Source of the DNA: Methanosphaera stadtmanae DSM 3091
GTDB taxonomy: Archaea > Methanobacteriota > Methanobacteria > Methanobacteriales > Methanobacteriaceae
Length of the DNA: 32,000 bases
Direction: 5' to 3'
Assembly (NCBI RefSeq): GCF_000012545.1
Contig: NC_007681.1
Coordinates: forward strand, 90,001-122,000
The translations under genes and the position numbers were made by a program. Below the pieces are notes generated by a model, which ran no database searches, was not told the origin of the DNA, and was given only the letters and a program-made list of their open reading frames with translations. Within the stretch, counting starts at the first letter, position 1, and each line of letters starts with the position of its first letter. Below are positions 26,182-32,000 of this stretch, one piece after another.

Positions 26182-27099
26182 ATGGTTAAGGTACGTTCTC
26201 CAGCATCTGCTACAGTTATAAATGCAATTAGTATGGGTAAAGGTTCAGCTTTTGGTATAAAATTATATGTAACCTCAGATGTAAGAGTTTTAAATCATGA
26301 TGCAAAGGAAGATATTGAATGTAAATGTAAAAGTCTTGATTATCCTGATATGGATACTTCTCTTATGGATTTATGTGTAAAAAAGGTATATTATAAATTA
26401 AGAGAATTTGATATTTTTAATTTAAAAAATATTACTTTAAAAGTGGAAACAAAATCAGACATACCTCCAGGTTCAGGTTTATCAAGTAGTAGTGCAGCTT
26501 CTAATTCAATAGTATATGCTACATTAATGGAATTACTATCTGAGGCTAATCTTTCAAGGGATGATGTAGATATAACAGATGAAGATTTGCTTAACATGGG
26601 AATTGATGCTTCATTAGAAGTTGGTGTTACAAAAACTGGGTCATATGACGATGCTTCAGCTTCATTTTATGGTGGTTGGAAAATAACTGATAATTATGAG
26701 AGAAAAATTTTACATGATTATATTGTTGATTATCAGAAAGTATTAATATATATACCAAACAAATCTTTATATACTGCACAGTCTGATGTTAAGGCTATGA
26801 AAACTTTAGCACCACTTGTGGAAATGGCATTTGAAAATGCTATTAAAAAGAATATTGAAAAGGCTCTAACCTTAAATGGCTTCTTATTTTGTGCAGCATT
26901 GAATTTAGATAGTCAAATATCCATTGATGCATTAAAATCTGGAGCTAAAGCTGCAGGATTATCAGGCACTGGTTCTGCATATTCTATATTAGTAGATGAT
27001 TTATCTGATATTGATGAAATTAAAAGTGCACTTTCAAAATATGAGGGTAAATTAGTAGAAACAAGTCCTGATAATAAGGGATCTGTAGTAATAGGGTAA
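26182..27099 (+). CDS. aroK: Shikimate kinase, archaeal GHMP-kinase type
   Basis: N-terminus SPASATVINAISMGKGSAFGI and GHMP motif II PPGSGLSSSSAASNS. It is immediately followed by chorismate mutase. Confidence 0.85.
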   Translation: MVKVRSPASATVINAISMGKGSAFGIKLYVTSDVRVLNHDAKEDIECKCKSLDYPDMDTSLMDLCVKKVYYKLREFDIFNLKNITLKVETKSDIPPGSGLSSSSAASNSIVYATLMELLSEANLSRDDVDITDEDLLNMGIDASLEVGVTKTGSYDDASASFYGGWKITDNYERKILHDYIVDYQKVLIYIPNKSLYTAQSDVKAMKTLAPLVEMAFENAIKKNIEKALTLNGFLFCAALNLDSQISIDALKSGAKAAGLSGTGSAYSILVDDLSDIDEIKSALSKYEGKLVETSPDNKGSVVIG

Positions 27100-27110
27100 T
27101 AAGTGATAAT

Positions 27111-27401
27111 ATGGATGTAGAGGAAGCAAAAACTTTATTAAATAAATCCAGGGATAAAATTGATGTATTGAATGAACAGATAATTGATTTAATTATTGAA
27201 CGTACATCTCTTGCTCATGATATAGCTATATCTAAGAAAGCTCTTAATAAAGATTTATTAGATACAGCAAGAGAAGATATTATTCACGATAAAATAGATA
27301 ATCTCTTAGCTAGTAGGGATGTTGATAAGGAAAAAATTATTGAAATCTTTGAAATACTAGTTGAGATGAGTAAACAAGAGCAAAAAAAATATTTAGATTA
27401 A
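27111..27401 (+). CDS. aroQ: Chorismate mutase, AroQ class (monofunctional)
   Basis: 96-aa all-helical protein. RDKIDVLNEQIIDLIIERTSLAHDIAISK matches the AroQ helix-1 pattern (R-x2-ID-x-hD-x2-hh-x-Lh-x-R). Context is with aroK. Confidence 0.75.
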   Translation: MDVEEAKTLLNKSRDKIDVLNEQIIDLIIERTSLAHDIAISKKALNKDLLDTAREDIIHDKIDNLLASRDVDKEKIIEIFEILVEMSKQEQKKYLD

Positions 27402-27427
27402 CGTTAATTTTTTTTCATGTATAAAAT

Positions 27428-27433
27428 AGGAGG
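27428..27433 (+). promoter_or_regulatory. Shine-Dalgarno sequence AGGAGG for rps17e
   Basis: A perfect AGGAGG sits 7 nt upstream of ATG 27441. This supports that start over the ORF-track start at 27417. Confidence 0.6.
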
Positions 27434-27440
27434 TTTGATT

Positions 27441-27623
27441 ATGGGAAACATAAGAACTACATTTGTTAAAAGAACAGCAAAAGAATTATTAGAATTACAC
27501 GGAGATAAATTTAATAGTGATTTTGAAAACAACAAACAAGTAGTAGCTGAATATTCTACAGTGTCCACAAAACACTTAAGAAACCAAATTGCAGGATATG
27601 CTACTCATTTATTAGAACAATAG
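27441..27623 (+). CDS. rps17e: 30S ribosomal protein S17e (eS17)
   Basis: [18 protein letters not shown]... is the canonical eS17 N-terminus. The 60-aa length is typical for archaea. Confidence 0.92.
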   Translation: MGNIRTTFVKRTAKELLELHGDKFNSDFENNKQVVAEYSTVSTKHLRNQIAGYATHLLEQ

Positions 27624-27652
27624 ATTTGTTTTAAATCTTTTTATTTTTTTTT
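27622..27652 (+). terminator. Hairpin (AGATTT-gtttt-AAATCT) followed by T-rich tract, downstream of rps17e
   Basis: 6-bp inverted repeat 27622-27627 / 27633-27638 overlaps the TAG stop. It is followed by TTTTATTTTTTTTT (27639-27652). Confidence 0.5.
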
Positions 27653-28180
27653 ATTAAAGAAACTCTTTTTATATAGAATAAGTAATCTTTTTTTGGGGCA
27701 AGTAGTTCTAATTAATCTCTTTTTTTAGTAGAATTTATTTTATAATTAGTTAAAATAAGTGGATGTTCTAAAAATATGGGAACTAAAAATCATCTACTTG
27801 AAAAAAGTATATTTTCAGTTTTATCTTCAATTTTTTCTAATAAACTATTTGAAATAATTATCCTATCTTTAATTTATATTTATTTATATTTTAAAAAGAT
27901 ATATACCTCTTTTTAATTAAAAATAGTCTTAAAAATTATGTTATTTGGTAAATAATTAAATCATGTTTGATTAATAAGAATATGGTTATATTTTAATGTT
28001 GGATGTTATTCTTTTTTAAATATGAATTCTACTTATTTGCATGATTCTATTTAAAGATTCTTAAATTAATCATATTATTTTAATACTATAAAATCATATA
28101 TATTTTTAAGAATACTTTATTGTTATAATCTTTTTAATAAAACAATAAAAAAAATAATATATTATAATAAAGGTGAATTT

Positions 28181-29407
28181 ATGGGAATAGTTGTGGCAAA
28201 ATTTGGTGGAACATCAGTTGGTTCTGGTGAAAGAATTTATAAAGCAGCTAATTCAGTTGTTAATGAATACATGCAAGGAAATCAAGTAGTGGTAGTAGTA
28301 TCTGCTATTAATAAAACTACTGATGAGTCAATTAAATTAGTAAATGAATCAATAGGCGAATTAGTAACAGAAAAACAATTAGCAGGCATATTAAGCATGG
28401 GTGAAATGCAAAGTGTACGTATAATGGCAGCAACAATAGAATCATTAGGTGTCAAAGCAGAATTTATAGATCCATTTAGTGAAAAATGGCCTGTAATTAC
28501 AGATAGTAACTATTTAAATGCTAAAATTGATAAAAAAGAAACTCAAAAACGTGTAACAAAGTATATAAAGAAATTATTAAATCAGGGAATAATTCCGGTG
28601 GTTTGTGGTTTCTTAGGATGTGATGTTGATGGTTCTGTAACTACTCTTGGAAGGGGTGGAAGTGATGTATCAGCATTTTTAATAGGACATTGTTTAGGTG
28701 CTGATGAAGTTGTTATAGTTACTGATGTAAAGGGTGTAATGTCTACCGATCCACGTAAATTAAACACAGCTAGAAAATTAGATAAAATCACCGTTGAAGA
28801 AATGATAGACTTAGCTAACTATGGAGCACAAGTATTACATCCTAATGCTTTAAGATACAAAGATCCTAATATAAAAGCAAAAATAATAAGTTTCGAATAT
28901 GGAGATTTAAGAGTGCAGGGAACTGATATTATAGGTCCAGCACATGAAGAATATGATGTTATTACAATTACAAAATGTGATGATAAATTATCAGTTCTTG
29001 CAGTTGTTGGCGAAAATTTAATGAATCAACAGTGTATTATAGCACAAATAACACAAAAGGTTTGTGAAAATAAATTAAATATATATGGCATATCTACTGG
29101 TGAAAGCTCAATAACTTTGTTTTTCAAAGAGGATGAGGCCATAAAAGCTCATGAAAAACTACATGATCTAGTTATTGGTGGAGATACATTAAGTTCAATC
29201 TCTTTAGGTCAGAAAATTGCAATGATTTCTGTGGTAAGTCATGATTTTATAGATACACCAGGCATTATAGCCAGTATAACAAAACCATTACATGAAAATG
29301 AAATAAATATTGTTGAATTATCATCTAGTCAAACAGCAGTTGTTGTATTTGTAGATTGGAACGATGGTGATAAGGCATATGACTTAATTAAGGAGACTTT
29401 ACAATGA
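28181..29407 (+). CDS. lysC: Aspartate kinase with C-terminal ACT domains
   Basis: [37 protein letters not shown] and [11 protein letters not shown] blocks. Two ACT-like repeats sit in the C-terminal third. An AAAGGTGA RBS lies upstream. Confidence 0.92.
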   Translation: MGIVVAKFGGTSVGSGERIYKAANSVVNEYMQGNQVVVVVSAINKTTDESIKLVNESIGELVTEKQLAGILSMGEMQSVRIMAATIESLGVKAEFIDPFSEKWPVITDSNYLNAKIDKKETQKRVTKYIKKLLNQGIIPVVCGFLGCDVDGSVTTLGRGGSDVSAFLIGHCLGADEVVIVTDVKGVMSTDPRKLNTARKLDKITVEEMIDLANYGAQVLHPNALRYKDPNIKAKIISFEYGDLRVQGTDIIGPAHEEYDVITITKCDDKLSVLAVVGENLMNQQCIIAQITQKVCENKLNIYGISTGESSITLFFKEDEAIKAHEKLHDLVIGGDTLSSISLGQKIAMISVVSHDFIDTPGIIASITKPLHENEINIVELSSSQTAVVVFVDWNDGDKAYDLIKETLQ

Positions 29408-30297
29408 ATTTAGAAGGAACACATGTAGCAATGATAACACCTTTTAATAATGATAACACAATAAATGAAGAAAAATATAGGGAATTTATTGATTTTTTAA
29501 TAGAAGGAGGAGTTGATGGTATTCTTGCTGCAGGAACAACTGGTGAATCAGCAACATTAACACTAGAAGAACATCAAAAAGTAATAGATATAATGGTAGA
29601 TCAAGCAAATGGTAGAGTAACTACAATTGCTGGTGCTGGTAGTAATGCAACATCTGAAGCACTGGATTTAGTAAACTATTCTAAAGATGCTGGTGCAGAT
29701 GTAGCACTAGTTATAACACCATACTATAATAAACCTCAACAAAGTGGTTTGTATAATCATTTTAAATTATTAAATGATCAATGTGATATGCCAATAATTG
29801 CATATAATGTACCTTCAAGAACTGGTGTGGATTTATCTGTAGATAACATAATAAATCTTGCTAAATTAGATAATATTGTAGCAATTAAAGAAGCAAATCC
29901 TGATTTAAATAAATTGGCTCATGTATTTAGTAGGTTGAATTCTGAAAATTTATTAGATGACTTTACAGTATTGTCTGGTAATGATTCATTAACTCTACCT
30001 ATGATATCTCAGGGATCTAAAGGAGTAATTAGTGTAGTGGCCAATATAATGCCTAATAAAACATCAACAATGGTAAATAATGCATTAAATGGAAATTATG
30101 ATGAAGCAAGAACTTTATCAAATGAATTATTTAATTTAATGGATGTTCTATTTATTGAAGCAAGCCCAGCACCAACAAAAAGAGCACTTAACCTTATGGG
30201 TATGGATGTTGGTGGACTTAGAATGCCAATAAATGAAATCTGTGATGAAAATGAAGTAATATTAAAAGAGATTCTTAAAGAAAATAACTTAATATAA
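29404..30297 (+). CDS. dapA: 4-hydroxy-tetrahydrodipicolinate synthase
   Basis: [23 protein letters not shown] and the catalytic-Lys region IVAIKEA. An ATGA overlap links it to lysC. Confidence 0.93.
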   Translation: MNLEGTHVAMITPFNNDNTINEEKYREFIDFLIEGGVDGILAAGTTGESATLTLEEHQKVIDIMVDQANGRVTTIAGAGSNATSEALDLVNYSKDAGADVALVITPYYNKPQQSGLYNHFKLLNDQCDMPIIAYNVPSRTGVDLSVDNIINLAKLDNIVAIKEANPDLNKLAHVFSRLNSENLLDDFTVLSGNDSLTLPMISQGSKGVISVVANIMPNKTSTMVNNALNGNYDEARTLSNELFNLMDVLFIEASPAPTKRALNLMGMDVGGLRMPINEICDENEVILKEILKENNLI

Positions 30298-30312
30298 AAA
30301 GGAGTGTAATAC

Positions 30313-31134
30313 ATGATAAGAGTAGCAGTTACAGGTTGTGCAGGAAATATGGGTTCTAAAATCATTAAAACTGTACAAGCACAAGATAATATGGAAGTAG
30401 TAATGGGAATAGAAATGCCAAATAGTCCTCTAGCAGGTAATGATTTAGGTCAACAAATAGGTTTAGGTCCAATGGGTGTGGAAATAATTGGTTCACAAGA
30501 CTTAAAAACTGAATTAGAAAAAGTTAAACCAGATGTACTTGTTGACTTTACAATAGCTAAAGCAGCAGTAGAAACAGTTAAAATTTGTGCTGAATGTGGT
30601 GTAAATGTTGTTGTTGGAACAACAGGATTAAATGATGAACAATTAGATGTCATGCATAAAGCTATTAAAGATAATGATATTAAAGCAGTTATTTCTCCAA
30701 ACATGGCCACAGGAGTGAATGTATTCTTTGAAATTGTAGGACAAGTTGCAAAAATTTTAGGTAATGAATACGATGTTGAAATTGTAGAAGCACATCATCA
30801 TAACAAACAAGATGCACCTTCTGGAACAGCAAAAAGAGCTGCAGAAATAGTAGCAGAAAATCTTAATCTAGATCTTAAGGAAAAAGCATGTTATGGCCGT
30901 GAAGGTATGGTTGGTAAAAGACCAGAAAATGAAATTGGAATACATGCTGTACGTGGTGGAGATATTGTAGGAGATCATACTGTAATGTTCTGTGGTGATG
31001 GTGAAAGAATAGAAGTAATTCACAGAGCATCTACAAGACAAGCATTTGTAAATGGTGTAATTCGTGCAATTAACTACCAAAGTTCTAAACAAGATAAAAA
31101 TATTGCAGACATGTTTGATGTACTGGGATTATAA
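30313..31134 (+). CDS. dapB: 4-hydroxy-tetrahydrodipicolinate reductase
   Basis: NAD(P) motif VAVTGCAGNMGS and signature EAHHHNKQDAPSGTA. An AGGAG RBS lies upstream. Confidence 0.93.
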   Translation: MIRVAVTGCAGNMGSKIIKTVQAQDNMEVVMGIEMPNSPLAGNDLGQQIGLGPMGVEIIGSQDLKTELEKVKPDVLVDFTIAKAAVETVKICAECGVNVVVGTTGLNDEQLDVMHKAIKDNDIKAVISPNMATGVNVFFEIVGQVAKILGNEYDVEIVEAHHHNKQDAPSGTAKRAAEIVAENLNLDLKEKACYGREGMVGKRPENEIGIHAVRGGDIVGDHTVMFCGDGERIEVIHRASTRQAFVNGVIRAINYQSSKQDKNIADMFDVLGL

Positions 31135-31149
31135 TAAGTAGGTGTTTTC

Positions 31150-32000
31150 ATGGTAAGAAATGTATGTGTACTTGGTGCAACTGGAATGGTAGGTCAACGT
31201 TTTATCCAGTTATTATCTCAAGTACCAGATTTTAATATAGTGAATGTAGCAGCTTCTGAGAAATCTGCTGGTAAAAGATATGAAGATGCTGTTACTTGGC
31301 ATCAAACAACTCCTATTCCTGAAGAAGTAAGGGATATGAGAATTGTTAATACGAATCCTGATGAGATTAGTGATGATGTAGACTTTGTATTTGCTTCTCT
31401 TCCTGCTCAGCTTGCAGAACCTGTAGAAGCAGCATTTGCAGAGAAATATATTGTTGCATCCAATGCTAGTGTAAATCGTATGAAAGAAAATATTCCACTA
31501 GTAATTCCGGAAGTTAATCCTGAACATCTTGAAATGATGGAGCTACAAAAGGATATTAATGGATGGGATGGATGTATTGTAACAAATCCAAATTGTTCAA
31601 CCATAGCATTAACTTTAACTTTAAAACCATTATTTGATAAATATACATTTAAAAGAGTTTCTGTAACTACTATGCAAGCTGTTAGTGGTGCTGGATACAA
31701 TGGTGTTCCATCAATGGGTATTGTGGATAATTTAATACCTTATATTGGCGGAGAAGAAGAAAAAATGCAATCTGAAACATTACATTTACTTGGAAAAGTC
31801 AATGGTGGGCTTGTAGATAGGGCAAATTTCCCATTAAGTGCTTCATGTAATAGGGTGGCTGTTGTTGATGGTCATACTGAATCAGTTTCAATAGAATTTG
31901 AGGAAGATATTACAGTAGATGATATTGAAAAAACATTATCTGAATTTAGAGGATTACCTCAAGAAAGAAATCTATCTTTTGCACCTAAACAACCTGTTAT
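31150..32000 (+). CDS. asd: Aspartate-semialdehyde dehydrogenase, 5' part (runs off the window end)
   Basis: Not in the ORF track because there is no stop in the window. I translated it by hand: [18 protein letters not shown]..., active-site [16 protein letters not shown], and [13 protein letters not shown]. An AGGTG RBS lies upstream. Confidence 0.9.
   Translation, partial: MVRNVCVLGATGMVGQRFIQLLSQVPDFNIVNVAASEKSAGKRYEDAVTWHQTTPIPEEVRDMRIVNTNPDEISDDVDFVFASLPAQLAEPVEAAFAEKYIVASNASVNRMKENIPLVIPEVNPEHLEMMELQKDINGWDGCIVTNPNCSTIALTLTLKPLFDKYTFKRVSVTTMQAVSGAGYNGVPSMGIVDNLIPYIGGEEEKMQSETLHLLGKVNGGLVDRANFPLSASCNRVAVVDGHTESVSIEFEEDITVDDIEKTLSEFRGLPQERNLSFAPKQPV

Noticed and set aside
27689-27800. 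A 7-nt inverted repeat, CAAGTAG (27689-27695) and CTACTTG (27794-27800), lies in the long spacer.
   Set aside because: The arms are 98 nt apart and only 7 nt long, with no supporting inner pairing that I could extend convincingly. This is compatible with chance.
27624-28180. I considered a lysine or amino-acid riboswitch or T-box upstream of aspartate kinase.
   Set aside because: I cannot see the conserved, GC-containing helices of the L-box/lysine riboswitch or any T-box specifier/antiterminator. These elements are bacterial and not established in archaea. The region is almost pure A/T.
2077-31700. Many 60-167-aa ORFs in the six-frame track lie nested inside longer genes. Most are antisense; a few are same-strand in another frame. 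They are 2077-2328, 2530-2724, 3148-3345, 6994-7350, 7363-7551, 7922-8104, 15443-15625, 15696-15983, 16113-16325, 17248-17490, 17926-18165, 18542-18724, 19155-19358, 19495-19797, 20106-20372, 20672-21040, 20958-21158, 21567-21788, 22141-22326, 23617-24120, 24578-24763, 25016-25318, 26391-26597, 28582-28791, 30096-30365, 30450-30710, 30868-31092 and 31407-31700.
   Set aside because: Each overlaps a gene with strong family motifs. Their translations are low-complexity F/L/I/S-rich strings typical of the shadow frames of AT-rich, lysine/asparagine-rich coding DNA. None has an RBS or a recognisable domain.
1-32000. I searched for tRNA, rRNA or other structured RNA genes, CRISPR arrays and mobile elements.
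   Set aside because: In such AT-rich DNA, stable RNA genes appear as GC-rich islands, and none of the spacers (564-826, 8832-9078, 12677-12829, 16517-16636, 18624-18766, 25573-25729, 25985-26181, 27624-28180) contains one. There is no regularly spaced repeat array, and no transposase, integrase or terminal inverted repeats.

Overview
This is a very AT-rich, tightly packed chromosomal segment. It looks archaeal and specifically like a methanogen of the Methanobacteriales (Methanosphaera/Methanobrevibacter-like); that placement is an inference from gene content. The supporting genes are eukaryote-type primase PriL/PriS, a class I CCA-adding enzyme, Hel308, the archaeal ADH-synthase/DHQ-synthase-II route to aromatic amino acids, a GHMP-type shikimate kinase, ribosomal protein S17e, cobamide genes cbiD/cbiT, and class III (prepilin-type) signal peptides. 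I can support 36 protein-coding genes, two of them truncated by the window edges. They form a few long, translationally coupled operons: metG-Zn-ribbon protein-HTH-GT4 on the minus strand; priL-priS; thpR-ubiX-cbiT; aroB'/aroA'; cbiD-glycosyltransferase-hel308-two small unknowns; aroK-aroQ-rps17e; and lysC-dapA-dapB-asd. I see no rRNA or tRNA genes (no GC-rich islands in any spacer), no CRISPR array, no transposase or integrase, and no recognisable defence or toxin-antitoxin module. My honest reading is that this is core housekeeping DNA, not an accessory island, and I cannot point to a clearly novel multi-gene system. The leads most worth a second look are: (i) a large Zn-ribbon protein of unknown function whose start overlaps the metG stop, followed by a double-HTH protein and an MraY/AglH-type transferase; (ii) a cca gene whose conserved-looking N-terminus lies upstream of the first ATG and has no canonical start codon; (iii) a hel308-linked pair of small uncharacterised proteins; (iv) an orphan pair of prepilin-like genes; (v) an unusually long 557-bp non-coding gap upstream of lysC. 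All functional calls rest on motif recognition by eye from the supplied translations. No database search was run.
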